Source of the DNA: Phyllosticta citribraziliensis
Taxonomy: Eukaryota
Assembly: GCF_038025025.1 (NCBI RefSeq)
Contig: NW_027117346.1
Span: 1,798,001-1,862,000, forward strand
DNA length: 64,000 nucleotides
Direction of reading: 5' to 3'
Shown: positions 51,092-64,000 of the stretch, piece after piece
How the letters are laid out: every line of letters starts with the position of its first letter
Numbering within the stretch: position 1 is the stretch's first letter
Notes under the pieces: model-generated
Database searches by the model: none
Seen by the model: the letters and a program-made list of their open reading frames with translations, nothing else
What the model was told of the DNA's origin: nothing
Program-made: the position numbers and the translations under genes

Positions 51092-54000
51092 TCAGTCATC
51101 GCGCCCTTTTGTTCCTCGACTGTAGAGCCACGACAGATACGTGTCCAGCTCCCCAAGACGCTGCGGCTCACTCGGTTCTCCGCGAGATTGAAACACCACC
51201 TTCCCCTGTCGCTCCAGCTCCTTGTCGCGGCCTGTCCTCCATACACGGCCTTGGGCGCTGAGCCGTCGGAGCAGTTTCTGGTAGTAAGAGAGGACTTTGT
51301 CTCCCGAGGCTTCCTTGGCCGACATGGCAAATCCATCTGCTCGTCTTTTCCTGCAAGCTCTGTACAGGGCTTCAGCTTTCTCTCGGCTCTCAACCTCTCT
51401 GATGGAATAATCGACGGTCCAGTTCGAGTTTTCACCAAGGTTGTCTGGGCGTTGGACAGGCTCGCCATCGACTCGGTTGGTAACGAAAAGCTTCAGTGCA
51501 AGCAACGGACGATTTGAGTCTCCCTTCGAAGAGTCGCCCGAGACGTCGACGCCATCTTGAATATCTTCGGCCTCAGGGAAATCTTTTTGGGTGGCGCTGC
51601 CCGGAACTTCTTCATTGTCGGCATCGACGTCTGGGGGAGTTCCGCCTTCGACCGACATTCCATCTTGGGTCGCTCCCTCAGGCGAAGTAGGAGCCACCTC
51701 GTCCTGGGTTGCTCCCTCAAGCGAAATAGGAGCCATCTCATCCTGAGTCGCTTGCACTTCTCTAGATGTTGTGCTCTTTTCCACCTCTTCTGAGATTGCT
51801 TCTCCAGCCGCATCAACATTCTCATCTGCATGCGCATCACTCTCGACGACAGGCGTTGCATTCACGCCTTCTTCAACGGTGCCAACAGACGTTGTGGCGT
51901 CTTGTTCGGCCGCTTCTTCTGCAGGGACATTCGCGGCGTCTTCGCCTTCGCCCGACTCGTCCGACTCGAGCCCAAGTACTCTCTCCTCAAAAGCTTGTAT
52001 TTCCGCCTTGTTGGTGTCTTGTATGGTCTGGATTTCATCCTCGGTCATTGGCTCGGCAAAAATGTACATCCAAGGTGAGGCCTGGGACTCGCGGGTTTCA
52101 AACTGGATGCGAAGGGACTTTTATTATCAGTAATGCCATCGTAAGACCAATTCGGACTCGTACTCACCGTGTCAGGGAATTTTTCAATTGCCTCGCGCAG
52201 GATCTTGTTCAAAAGACCGATGCTCAGACGGAATTCTTGGTCACCCACCTCCCGCCCCTCTTTCGTGCCGTGTAACCCGCGATCCATCTCTTCTAAGCTG
52301 ATGTACTGGAAGCCAAATATCCGTTCGATGTTGTGGTATGCAACAAATATTCCATCCATGCGGCCCATTCGCGCCTGCAGAGAGTACTTGAGCATCATCG
52401 ACCGCATCATGTCGTAGTACTCGCGCTCGTAGGATTCAAATTGGCCAATATCTCGTTTGATCTGGTACCCCGTGTTTTGATCCCAGGACTGTACGTCCAT
52501 GCGGATGGAAACGACTGCACGAGTCTTCAAGTCATACATCCCGGTGCCGGGCAAGCGCGAGTCTTGAGCATCAAGCTGAGATCGCATGAGAATGTCGCCC
52601 ATGGACGTGTAGTGATACGACTCGGGCTGCTGCCGTTCCTCTTCGGAAATTTGATTGGGATTTGTGACGCGGTATCGTTCGTATTCCTCTGTGGGGAGGG
52701 TGAGGAGCTTCTCAAGAGACTTGCCCAGCATGGCTAGGATATTTGAAGAGTCGAATTCCTTGTCCGCATCAATGGAATACACGCCATCTTTGTACCTCAA
52801 GAAGATGGAAGCAGGCAGGCGATTGAGCCTGGTGAAGGTGGTGAGTTTTTCAGGAAACGCCTTCGAAAGCATGGAGATGTTGACCGGTCGCCAGCAGGAA
52901 AGCAGGTAGTGAAAGTGGGCAAGGCTCGATGTCATGCTGGACGTGGAGCCAACAAAGGTCTTCTGGTGCTCACGAGCAAGGTCTGACAGCGAAGAGTCTC
53001 TCGAAGACGTAATGTATTCCCCCAAGGAGTTGAAGTTGAATTCTGCGACTGGCATGACGTTTGAGAGATATGGGTCAAAGTTGAAGACTTGCGTCCTCGG
53101 ATCCTGGAGGTGATATACGCCAGGACTATAACGTCAGCCAGGGACGAAAGACGGGGCCTGGTTGACTTACTTGAAAAGAGCTCGATCTAAATCATAGGCG
53201 AGAGCGGGGACAGGTGGCTGCTCGACATCGAGCGCTAACAGGTCAGTCTCTCGTAGAAACCAAATTTTTGTGAAGACTTACGCGTCAAATGGAGCTCCTG
53301 AGCCGAGAGTCTTTCATGATGTTCGACGCTGGCCGAGTCAGCCTCGCGAGTCTCATCCTCTGACTTCTTCTTCGATTTTGCCGATTTTGCCGATTTTGCC
53401 GACTTTGTTGTTTTCTTGGCTTCCTCCGCTCTGTTGTCGTTGTTCTTTGATGAGGAGTTCGCGTCGCTCTTCTTTTTCCGAATTCGAGTAGTAGTAGCCT
53501 CGTGTTCGACCATTGCGGCCTCTCTCCGCCCTAGAACAGGTGTTCCCTGTTTGTGGCCGATTCTTCTCACAAGTTTCTTCTTTGTTTCACTTTGGCTCCC
53601 GAGAGCCTCTGATAACGAAGCTTTGTGCCCAATCGTTCTTCTCACAAGTTCCTTCTTTCCTTCAGTTTGGTTCCCGAGAGCCTCTGACAGCGAAGCGTGA
53701 TTCTCCAGTTGTCCAGCAGTGAAAGTCTTATCCTCCAGGTTTTGGTCCTGGGCCGCTTGTTGCTGCGAATCGTCACCCGCCAATTTTCTCCTCGCAACGG
53801 TCAGGCGACGTCTCTTTCGGTGCGTAGACTGACGTGTGGCAGCCTTGGTGGATTCATTTTCTGTGCCAGTTGCATGGTCGTCAACTTGGGCCCCAGTGTC
53901 TGCGGAAGCCGCAGAGTCGTCCAAGTGGGGTGGTGATGTCGAGGCGTCATCGGCAAGTGGGTTGGACCGTTCGGACTGCAGTTGGTCTCGAACAGCGGCG

Positions 54001-54143
54001 GTCGTGTGGAGATGGGCGGGACGAAAAGCAGCGAGGGACGGGGATTGAGCAGCAATGGGTTGGAGCAGCTGGCGGCGCAGACATGGTAGGCACTTGTGCT
54101 GTGGCGTAGATCGCAGGACGCGCGCGGTGCTGCGGCCGAGCAT
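51092..54143 (-). CDS. PET127: Mitochondrial RNA 5'-processing exonuclease Pet127, multi-exon
   Basis: Mitochondrial presequence-like start, EYITSSRD, GSTSSMTS, LMRSQLDAQDSRLPGTGMYDLKTRAV, LKYSLQARMGRMDGIFVAYHNIERIFGFQY. Confidence 0.93.
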
Positions 54144-54859
54144 GGACGCGCGATTTCTGACTTGAGGAGTGCCGTTCCGAGTTCGATGAGGGATTGGGCG
54201 CAAACAGCGATTGACAAGGACAGCAGGACAACAGAGCGGCAAACGTGGTGTTGTGGATGTTGGTCTCAAAGGGAGTGGTTAGTGGACAAAAAAAAGTCGC
54301 CGTGCGCGGGCGTGAAAGGCTGCCCTGCCGTGATCGTCTTCCCCGGCCGCTGCGCTAAACCGATAACTGACGTAGGCGGGAGCCTGAGAGGTAGGGCACC
54401 CACTGCTCTCCACCACTCACCACCACCCTCTCTCCCTCTTCCACGCGTCTTCCTCACTGTGACCTCTCCCACTTTTCCTCCTCTTGCTGCGTGCGTCGTC
54501 CCCGTCCTCGTCGTCCTTCTCCTCCCTCCGTCCTCCTCCTCTGCCGCTGCCGCTGCCGCTGCCGCTGCCACAGCCGCCTCCTCCTCGTCTCCCTACCCTC
54601 AGCTCTGTCCTCTCGACCAACTTTCCTTTCCCCTGGCACTGCTCGACCCGGCAATGGACTGCTCGATTGACCGCTGCTCCCGCCTGCTGCGCCCTGTTGT
54701 CGCTGGTCATGTCCTCAGACGCCCCATCGACCTCTTGTGAAAGGCGCACCACTGTCTCCACAAACGCTTCGGTCACATTCTGCTGAAGCGCATCGACGAA
54801 ACCGGCATCACAGTCGGACCCATTCCCCAGCTGCGCAATTACGACCTCTTCCCTCCGCA

Positions 54860-57800
54860 ATGCATGCTCCCTCTAGCAGCAGCTCCAAAAGACGAAGCTT
54901 CTTTGGTGGCTCCTTGTCCAAAAACCCTCTCAGCGCCCTGACTCCCGCAAATGATTACCGCGACCGCGATCAAAGCCGAGAGAGACAATCACCCAACGCC
55001 CTTCAAAAACGTCGCCGTCCGAGCTCATTCATCGACGGCTTGGGCCTCGGCTCTGCATTTGGTTCCGACAGCCTGCTCGCCCCAGACTCGCCAGCCCACT
55101 CTCCCGCAAAATCACCAGCAGCCGACTCCAAGGGGCCCCGCCTCCGACATTCGGCGCGCATCAGCTCATGGGTGTCCGCAAGATCTGGCTCTGATGACCC
55201 CGAAGATGACGCCGTCCTGAGTGCCTTGTCTAGCAAGGCACCGTCTGTCAATTGGGGCGAGTCCAACGACGTTGGTTTGCACTCAAGAAAGATCATCTTG
55301 CACGGTGAAGTACAAACGAGCAGTACGCTTTTCAGGCGCAAGAAGGAATACCTCGTCCTGACCGAGACGCACATTGTACGATTCAAGAATCAGCAGAAAG
55401 CAGCCGAGACGTTTGGCGAAACATTTGCCCCACTGCATCGTAGTTCTTCTTTGAAACAGAGACACCACTCCAATCCATCCATAGGATCGATTCAAGAGTT
55501 TCAGTCGTTTGTCTCGGACCATTCTGGCGAAAGAAACATCGGCACTCCCCTCAAACAAATCATAGCCGTTTACCAACTTGTCGACGACAGACCATACTTC
55601 GCATTCGAAATATGCTATCTAGACGAGGACAGCAATCACGACTTTTCCATGACCCTGCAATTCGGATCTCCAGAGGATATGAAAACATGGCTTGCCGCTG
55701 TTAGATCTACCGCAAATCAAGCGAAGGCCCTAGATGAGAGACACATCTCGCATCAAAATGTACGCCTCGCAGCTCGTGTCGTTGAGCGAGAGGGCGACTA
55801 TGATCCTAATTCCTTTTCCTTGTTCAAAGTCGTCCAGCGTCCTACAGGTAGGGCTGGCTCGGCATCTTCATCCACCGACGACCTCACGAAAATTGCATCC
55901 ACTGTCTGCTTTCTTGCTATAGGAATCCACAAAGTCCACATGATCCCGGTTTTCAAGTCACGACAACGGGCCTCGAGTCCCAACCTACTCTCGTACCCCT
56001 CTGAAGTTTCCTTTGGAATACTGACTCTGACCTCCGTCCGACTCAGCGAGAGTGATGATACTTTCGAGTTGGTATTCAGGATGCCCTTGCAGAAGCCCAA
56101 AGTACTCCTCATGGCCTCTCTGGCAGCAAAAGATATTGCCGTGCGGCTTCATCACGTCGAGCATCACCTGCGGCCAGAGTGGGAACCACGGCCATACATT
56201 TTCTTAGTCCCGGATGCCGCCAAGGAAGAAATCTTGAACAGTACGACTTTTGAAAATATCGACGAAACTTCTTTGGATCGCACACTCTGCGCCTACTGCA
56301 TCGCGTACAATATCCCTCCACAGGTGATACGTTACCAGGTTACGTATCCGCAAGACGACTGGCCGCGATTTGAACTTCTTCCCCCGGATGATCGTAGAAG
56401 ACCGGGATACACGCCCATGGAGCTTCTGGCCGTCATGCGCGCGCTTCGGTACAACGAATCATTCGGAACTATATCTTTTGCCGGCATCCAGCTGGATGCT
56501 CTAAACGAGCTCCACGACAGGCATGGCACCGATCATGTGTGCCTAAAGACAAAAAGGGGAACGCCCATCAATTTAAGCTTGGAAGAGCTTGGCAGTTCGT
56601 GCCTGTTAGTCCAGGAAATCAGAGCGCTGGCGGTAACAAGCAGGAAGCTTCGTCGGATGGACTTTGATGCGTGCATCAAAAGAAAGCCCTCCCATTACGT
56701 GGACGAAGGCAAGGCTAAAGATGTGGGATGTGGCATCGTCGAGGCACTTTTCCCGTTGTGCAAATACCAGACAACGAACGTCGACTGGATTGTGCTCAGC
56801 AATATCCAACTTGGTGAGACCGACCTCGACTACCTGATTGCTGCAGCTGCGGAAAAGGACTGTCACCTGCGCGGCCTCGAGCTGAGCAGATGCGGCTTAG
56901 ATGAGCGCAAAATGTCACTGGTCCTCGATGCCCTTAGAAGCCAAGAAAACACACTGGAGGCCATTGACATCTCAAGAAACCCGGCGCGGCTGCTACCTGC
57001 CATCTTCGAACCGCAGCTCAGTGTATTTGGCTACATAAGAATACTGAACCTTGCCAATGCTGCGCACACCGCTGGACCAGACCCTCTGTTGACAGCCGAC
57101 ACATTGCTTGCTTGGCGACTGCAAAGTCTCAACCTTAGCGGCACAGCTCTGAACAATGAAACAGTCGAAGCAATCATCGTCTACCTCAAGAGCAGCCAAT
57201 CAGAGTCTCTCCGCGAGTTGCGGCTCGACAACACCTGTCTCACCGGAAGACAGATTGCGCGCGTCATGAGATCCATGAGCCGCCGGCCTGGGGTTGCAAG
57301 GGAGATGCACCTAGACATCAGCCAGAATCGCATTGAACTCTTCCACGACGAATTCACTTCGGCCATTGCTGATGGGACGGCACCAGCCCACTTGACAATC
57401 GCGCTGATAGATTACGAGGAGGAACACTCCTTTACGCAGCTGGTTTTGGCCATAGCAGCCAACAACACGATTCGACATCTTGACATCACCAAGGTCTCCT
57501 TGCCTCACGATGCTTCCGATCAAACTTGCCAGGCTCTTGAGAAGATGTTTGCGGAGAACCACACACTGATCAGCATTGATATGTCCGGCGAAGATTCCAA
57601 GCTTGAAGTTGCTCGGTTGGGCGTCGGCATCAACCACGCCCTATGCGGCCTCAAGAGGAACAAGACGCTGCGTGTTCTCTACATTCGCAATCAGGGGCTT
57701 GGCTTGCAAGGCGCCAGTACTCTGGCAGATGTCTTGAAGGTCAATGACTCCTTGGTCGAGGTGCACTGCGAGAACAACGCCATACCATTGCAAGGATTCA

Positions 57801-58612
57801 CTGACTTGGTCAATTCATTGCATCACAACACGACTTTGCAGTGGTTGCCAGCTATGCCAGATGGACGAGAGCTAGCCCTTCGGCAGACAGAGATGACTGT
57901 CAAAAATATGCGTGCTGAAGCTCGAGCGCAACAGCAGTCCAAGACGACCTCCATTCGCAACAGAGTCGCCTTTAAGATGGGAAAGTCTCCTGAACCAAGG
58001 GCCTCTCCAACGCAAATGTCCGAGCAAGACGTACGAGCTGCAGTGAGACTGGTCGAAGAAAGTTGGGACCGACAGGCTCACAGACTGAGTGTGTACCTGC
58101 AACGCAACATGAATATTGCGGCGGGCTTGCCCGCATCCACTGACGGCGAGGAAGAGTTTTCCCAGCGCCCAAGGGAACTGATACGAGGAGATGCGAGTCA
58201 ATCAGATGACGCAAGGAGTGGAGGTGTCCCGACTATACAGAGAAGTCTCGTTGAGGCCGACTTGACGAATGGCACGAGGCCAAGCACGGCGACCACGTCA
58301 ACCACGGTGACTTTACGGTGCCCAGATCCCCCGAGAACGCCGTCATCCTCGGAACGTCCGCAATTGACCGTCGGCCACAGTGATCAGCTTGGACACAGTA
58401 CAAGTTCAGATGGTAGAGAGGGTCTAGGACTGGACACGGACGCCTTCCTCACTGCCCTTGCCGAACAGCTGGACATTAGCCGTGAGGATGCACAAACGCT
58501 TCTTGACGCGGACGCAGCGGATAGGCTTGCACAGTTGAGCCCTGTTGGTTCACTGAGCCCTGTCAGTCCCGTTTCTCGAAGCCAGATTTCCTTCCGAATT
58601 GTGGAGAGTTGA
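54860..58612 (+). CDS. PH-domain plus RNI-like leucine-rich-repeat protein (CARMIL-like architecture)
   Basis: Single long ORF with PH-like segment (KKEYLVLTETHIVRFK..W..AVR), ALRYNESFGTISF and repeated LxxLxLxxxxL units. First plausible ATG is at 54860. Confidence 0.8.
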   Translation: MHAPSSSSSKRRSFFGGSLSKNPLSALTPANDYRDRDQSRERQSPNALQKRRRPSSFIDGLGLGSAFGSDSLLAPDSPAHSPAKSPAADSKGPRLRHSARISSWVSARSGSDDPEDDAVLSALSSKAPSVNWGESNDVGLHSRKIILHGEVQTSSTLFRRKKEYLVLTETHIVRFKNQQKAAETFGETFAPLHRSSSLKQRHHSNPSIGSIQEFQSFVSDHSGERNIGTPLKQIIAVYQLVDDRPYFAFEICYLDEDSNHDFSMTLQFGSPEDMKTWLAAVRSTANQAKALDERHISHQNVRLAARVVEREGDYDPNSFSLFKVVQRPTGRAGSASSSTDDLTKIASTVCFLAIGIHKVHMIPVFKSRQRASSPNLLSYPSEVSFGILTLTSVRLSESDDTFELVFRMPLQKPKVLLMASLAAKDIAVRLHHVEHHLRPEWEPRPYIFLVPDAAKEEILNSTTFENIDETSLDRTLCAYCIAYNIPPQVIRYQVTYPQDDWPRFELLPPDDRRRPGYTPMELLAVMRALRYNESFGTISFAGIQLDALNELHDRHGTDHVCLKTKRGTPINLSLEELGSSCLLVQEIRALAVTSRKLRRMDFDACIKRKPSHYVDEGKAKDVGCGIVEALFPLCKYQTTNVDWIVLSNIQLGETDLDYLIAAAAEKDCHLRGLELSRCGLDERKMSLVLDALRSQENTLEAIDISRNPARLLPAIFEPQLSVFGYIRILNLANAAHTAGPDPLLTADTLLAWRLQSLNLSGTALNNETVEAIIVYLKSSQSESLRELRLDNTCLTGRQIARVMRSMSRRPGVAREMHLDISQNRIELFHDEFTSAIADGTAPAHLTIALIDYEEEHSFTQLVLAIAANNTIRHLDITKVSLPHDASDQTCQALEKMFAENHTLISIDMSGEDSKLEVARLGVGINHALCGLKRNKTLRVLYIRNQGLGLQGASTLADVLKVNDSLVEVHCENNAIPLQGFTDLVNSLHHNTTLQWLPAMPDGRELALRQTEMTVKNMRAEARAQQQSKTTSIRNRVAFKMGKSPEPRASPTQMSEQDVRAAVRLVEESWDRQAHRLSVYLQRNMNIAAGLPASTDGEEEFSQRPRELIRGDASQSDDARSGGVPTIQRSLVEADLTNGTRPSTATTSTTVTLRCPDPPRTPSSSERPQLTVGHSDQLGHSTSSDGREGLGLDTDAFLTALAEQLDISREDAQTLLDADAADRLAQLSPVGSLSPVSPVSRSQISFRIVES

Positions 58613-59682
58613 AGACGACCCAAGGGCGAAAAGGCCGACGGTTATGACGGTATTGATGCGACTTTCTTCGGATCAAGAGAAGTAAGTTGCTTTGTAACTC
58701 TGTCAGGAGGAATGGTTAATGTCATGGTGCAAAGGGTTGAATCATGCGCGGAGTTGTCAGTTATGCATGCATTCGGGCGTTGTATACCACGCTGTCCTTC
58801 CTCTTTTTCACGTCGACTTTCCTTTCATTTCCATGTGCGTCCTGATTCATTCTTGACCTTCCAGATAATAAGGACAATGTAACTGCTATCACAACACCAC
58901 GCATTATGAACATACGAGATTTGGGTTGTAGCTCGGTCCAACGGTTATCAAAGGAACGGCTTAAGCATTACGAGCATTTGTACGGTCTCATCGATTCATG
59001 TACTGTCATTATTTTGACGCCCCCATCCTTCATATGCAGGATGACGCTCTCAGAGTATAAGCACAGAAAGAGACGTGAATATTTCAGTGCAAATGGGGAG
59101 AAACAGCTATTTGACTCGAAAGGCGACGAGAGCGTCTACTCCTCTTGCATCTCGAAAGACGTTGAATAAATCGTTCTAATCCACAGGTGATGAGAATAAA
59201 AGAAAAGAAAGCCAAACCCCCTACCTATCTGCGGGTATTCAAACACATAACAAAGGCTGAATGCATGGAGTGAACCAAGTGATATCTTTGACTTGCTTTT
59301 TGAGCGAGGAAACCATGGCCGCGCATCTATCTGGAAAGTCCCTCTCGTAGCGTGGCGCTACATGCTGTGTCTCCCTGCTCTAGAAGCTCCGTGTTCCCTT
59401 GGAAGGTCGGAAGTGGACCAACGTGTCCTGCGGAGACGTGTGCGGGATTCTGAAAGTCTTCTTCTTGTACATTGTTCTGGACGCGCAGTGGAAGCAGACC
59501 GCTGTCTAGCACTGGCATCGCAAGGGGCTCGTCGACATTCATAAGCTTGTGTCCCACACACCGAATGCGAGGCGGCATTTCCAAAGCGTTGGTGTTGTTT
59601 TATGACATGGACAGGTAGTGTCGTCCCAATTGGGCTCGCTGGTTGGCGGTGGCCGTGGCGATATATTCCACAGTCTTCTGCT

Positions 59683-60413
59683 TCACGCCTTCAGATTGCC
59701 CTCTTGGATCTCCCTCAGCTTCCCAATGACGTCGCCAGCGGCCTCGCGCACGGTGATGAGCTCGTGCGGCGACATCTTGCGCAGCACATACTTTGCCACG
59801 TCCTCGGGGGATCTGCTCTCTGGGCGACCGATGCCTATGCCCACCTTGATATACGGCGTGTTGGACAGGTAGGCGCCCAAGCTCTTGAGACCGTTGTGGC
59901 CCTTGTGGGAGCCGCCAGCGCGGCGAACGCGCACCTTTCCCAGCGGCTGTTCCAGCTCGTCGTGCAGCACGACCAGCAGCCCGCTGTTGGCAAACTCGGC
60001 CGTCTCCTTGCGCCACTCGTTGAACGCCGTGCGCACCGCCTTGCCCGACACGTTCATCAGCGTCGGGCTCTGCCACAGCGTCCAATTTTCCTCGCCCGTC
60101 GGTATGTTCTCTGGCCGCGTTTCTTCAAGCCGCCCCGTCAGCAGCTTGATCGGGTTCGCGGTGAACTCGTGCTTGCGTATCGGATCCGCTTCGTATGTTA
60201 CCAGCCCATTGGCGAGGCGTCGGCTTGGGCGAAACGCTGCGAAGTCGCGCAGCTCTCGTATGCGCGCCAGCACCACATGGCCGGCCGAGTGCATTGTGTT
60301 GGCATACTTGGGCGCTGGGTTGCCGATTGAAGCGATGAAGAGCGGTACGGCGGGTTTTGCGGAGCCAAACATGGCCGGGGGCACCGAGTTGCGCTGTTGG
60401 ACTGCCTTGGTTT

Positions 60414-60454
<41 letters not shown>

Positions 60455-60723
60455 TGCTTGTTGCGGTTCTGGGCCGTCGGTGCGGCGCTTTTCCGCTCGT
60501 TGCTTTTTCCTCTCTTGCCTTTTCTGTCTTCCCAGTCCTCCGCCGTGTCTTCCTCCCTCGGCTCGTCTCCGCGTGCAGGCAGATCTTTTGGATGGGACGA
60601 GGTGGTGTCGGGCAAGGGTCGGGGAGGTGCAGCAACTTTTCCGACGCCACACGCGTCGGGGACCGTGTCAAGGACCGCGTCGGCGGCCGCACCCAAACCT
60701 TGCGTTGAAGCTTGAGGAGTCAT
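59683..60723 (-). CDS. PTH1: Peptidyl-tRNA hydrolase Pth1 (bacterial type, probably mitochondrial); start uncertain
   Basis: IASIGNP..YANTMHSAGH, TLMNVSG, LVVLHDELE, GSHKGHNGLKS, KVGIGIGRP..VAKYVL. Confidence 0.9.
60416..60454. repeat. (GAC)n microsatellite, poly-Ser in the PTH1 N-terminal extension
   Basis: About 13 CGA/GAC units seen directly. Confidence 0.95.
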
Positions 60724-61503
60724 GTTTTTTTTTGAAAAGGTGGAATTTCGCATTGCAGATTTGGTGTACGAAATCACGCAGCCTCTCGTAGGTATTTAGG
60801 CAAAGCACTTTTGGAGTTTTAACCGCAAGTTGACAAGTCGAATTCTCATTGGGGTCACCGCCACCGCAGCCACGGTACAATGGCGTAGTAAGCAGCAGAT
60901 GAGTCAACAACAAACCGAACCAGAGAACCGGAAGTGAGAAGATGTGTGTTTGAAAAGGGACTAAGAGATGTACTGGACAAAGCCCAAAAAGTGCAGCTCT
61001 CGCACAGGTATCGCCAACCAATCACGCCCCAAGCAGATTTCATCCAAGGAGCGCGCCGGGAGCCCGTAGAGGAAACCTGATCCCAAACTCCGGAGTACAC
61101 AAGGAAAGATCAGAAAAAGTTGAACTAAAATCCGTACAATGGAAGCCAGCAGTGTCGGACAGCAGTGTACACTGTGAAGAAGCGAAGTCTGAAAACAAAC
61201 CCCATTACCCGAGTCAAGAGAAAGGAAAAAAAAAAAAAAAAAAAAAAGGAAAACAAAGAACGCGGGGATAGACAACATTAACCGAACAACTCCATCCTGC
61301 TGGTACACAGGCCTCTGTACAAGTTTAGAGTATCAACAGAACATCCCTGTCTTTCCGGTTGTCTATGCGAGTCGTGTCATCGGAGACGGTCGTATCGCTC
61401 GACAGCTTCAGGTCGCCCTCGAAGCGTCGTACATGTGATGGGGACATTTTGGTGAGATGAGTTCTTTTTTTCTTTTCTTTTTCGATTCCTGCCGACGGTT
61501 GGT

Positions 61504-64000
61504 TCAGCCGACATTCATGCCGCCTTGCATGAAGTTTGCCGTGCTTTCTTGACCCATGTAGCTCTTTGAAAGACCGAGGCTATCGTCCATGAGCGACATG
61601 CCGATGCCGCTATCATCGTGGTCTTGGCTGTCGTCGAGCTCCATGCCGTAGGCTTGATACTTGTTGTTGTTGTTGTGGTTCAGAGATTCCTGGGCGCCTG
61701 GGACGTCCACTATTGATCGCATATGTCAGCAACGGCAGTTGTTTCGTTTGCAAAAAGACAATTACGTACTATCATTCCCTGAACTGCTCTTGCCCTGGTT
61801 GCTCAAAAAGCTGGCATCCATCGAAAAGTCGGCACCCAAGCTGCTATAGCGACTATCTTCTTGGCTGTTACCTCGTACCGCACCTCCGCCGTCGATTCTG
61901 TCCTCTGATGTGTTTTCCGCGGGGACCATGGCTTGGCTGGGGGTCCTCTTGCGCTCCGGCGGCTTGTGATCCAAAAAGCCGCCGAGCGACGCCAACCACA
62001 GACTTAGCTCATCGACGAAGACCTTTGTAATCCACCACGGGGAAAAGCTGGCACCGTTTTCGACAGTGATTTCCCGACAAGCTGCAGTTCCGATTGCACT
62101 GATGCAGTGCAGCATGGTCCGAGTTTCAGCCTTGGGAAATCGGGATGAAATGTGTGACAGGAAGTATGCGAGCCTGTCAATCACCGTCTCATTGGTCACA
62201 GGGCAATCGCCGTACTGCTTGTTCGCCTGCAAGGCAGCTTCCTGGTAATGTGTCCCATTTTCCAGCCAGACGGGCGTCGACAGGGGTTGCAGCAGGCTCC
62301 GAACGTCGTGCGTAATAATCTTGTAGACCTCCTCGTACCCGCAGCCGGGCAGCTCGCTCTCCAGGATCCTCTTTGGATTTACAAAGGTGACCCAGTCCAT
62401 CCACATTTGATTGCGATTCTGGTCAATCATGAGAAGAGCCGCGGCGGCGTGAGCGGCCTGGTTGGCCCTCAGCATGCGGTGAAGCAGTTGAGCAAAGAGC
62501 GTTGCGGGTTCCAGCCTTGCTTCCAAAACGTGGATCGGGTGGCCCTGGAAAGTCTTGCTAATGTGCTTGTACAAGTCGCGCGCAATGTTGTTGAAAAAGT
62601 TCATGACAACAGGAGGCGTCACTTGCAATGTAAGTCGAGATACGAAGCGAATCATCTTTTGGTACATGAGCCAATCACATTCTCGAATCCAGGGAGCCAT
62701 GTTTGGGTGCGCAAGCAGCTTTTGGACGGGAACAGTCAAGGTGCCATGGAAGGAAGTGAATAAACGGAAGAATTGCTTTTCCTTGCAAAAGCGGATGCAG
62801 TCCACCAACGACGTGCAATGGGTACGATACAAGGCGGTCAGGGCATTGGCGGCGTCGACGTCGGTCTTTGGGGGCGTGTAGTCGTGGATGTTTGGCAGCT
62901 CAATCGAATCATTCTCCTGAAAGGAATCCTCGTCAGGGGGTGGGAATTTCAGTTCGTGCTCATACATCATGGAAGTCTGTCTTGCGGTTCCGTATCCGGG
63001 AACCAGCGGTTCAGCAAAGGCGCGGCCAGTCGAGGGCATTCCAGTACTTTGCGGTTTGGGTTGCTGTGTTTCGACGGGTTGCTCCTGGCCAGGAAAGGCG
63101 GCAGTATCCGCAGGTAGACGGGGCATAGTGCTGCACAACCAAGAGTCAAAATCAGAGACGAAGGATCAACAATGACGACACTTACTTGAAGTCCATGGTG
63201 ACGGTTTGCGAGCCATGCCTCGAATGAGCAAAGTCGGCGCTATGTGCGCTGCCAGTGCGCTCAAGGTCGTTTCCATCGACGGGGTCGTCGACGAGTGCAA
63301 GGTCCACGTAATGGTATTTGGATTCCCCCCTGACGCCCAGCCGTCGAGTCGCAATGCCTGGAAAGATGACGCGGACAAGCTTTCCAAAGGAAGCAGGATT
63401 GAGCGGCTGGACCCGTTCCGTTGCGCACCGGTCTGCGTATTGCGAGTAGACTCGATTCCTGGGAACTGACGTCTTTGCGTGTTTGCACGTTGACCTCAAC
63501 CTGCAATGAGCGGTCAGTAAAAACGGACGGAGAAGAGAGAGGGGAGCATGTCGCACCAGAGCATTGCAAACAATTGTTTGGATTTTTCGGCACGGGATGT
63601 TCGTTCTGTCCGGAGAACTTCGTCGGCGACATCCTTGAGAGATCGGCCATCTGCTCTGGAGAGCATCTCACGCAGCTCCTTGTCGTTGGTAGCACTTGCT
63701 GTGGAGCCCTTTTTCTTCTTGTCGTCCGTCTCTGCCCCGCTGGCAACGGCGGTTGGCGCATGCGAGTTGTTGACGAAGTCGGGTTGGTGTTGGAGGTGCA
63801 TGTAGGGGTTCGGAGGAGCGTGGTGGTATTGAGGATCGGGAGTATGCTGCGGCATCATGTGGTGATGAGGTTGCGGAGCGTACGAAGGCATGACCGAGTT
63901 GATCATGATGCTGTCCTGGCCGCCCAAGGCGTGTGCAGCGTGGAGGAGAGACTGGTCCATGGCGCCATATTGCATGTGGGCGGGCTGCGAGGCATGCGGC
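61504..64000 (-). CDS. RFX-family winged-helix transcription factor (CPCR1/RfxA-like), 5' end outside window
   Basis: KQLFAMLW|LRSTC..SVPRNRVYSQYA..LNPASFGKLVRVIFPGIATRRLGVRGESKYHY RFX domain; LYRTHCTSL..WIRECDWLMYQKM dimerisation region. Confidence 0.93.

Overview
Eukaryotic, intron-containing DNA from a filamentous ascomycete (Pezizomycotina, probably a Dothideomycete; taxonomy inferred from gene content and intron style). The conserved genes are: STH1/SNF2 remodeller (5'-truncated), a GEN1/Yen1-type XPG nuclease, an intron-containing tRNA-Gln(TTG), a divergent calmodulin-like gene, a GH131 glucanase, a small membrane protein, YTP1, SWI5/SAE3, CDC34, SAC3, a YDR124W/DUF2841-like gene, YCF1, a RUP1-like gene, PET127, a PH-LRR protein, PTH1 and an RFX transcription factor (5'-truncated). 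Two accessory patches (~3-13 kb and ~23-33 kb) hold decayed paralog families that the ORF track does not explain. The first is a family present as at least 4 copies or fragments, two of them flanking the nuclease in opposite orientation. Its manually reconstructed protein shows motifs in the order of the uracil-DNA-glycosylase fold, followed by a C-terminal CxxC...CxxC. The second is a USP/peptidase-C19-like protease gene with SIM-like motifs, broken by stops and a frameshift, facing inverted paralog pieces. Several premature stops are RIP-type C->T/G->A changes. All exon models and alignments were made by eye and no database searches were run.
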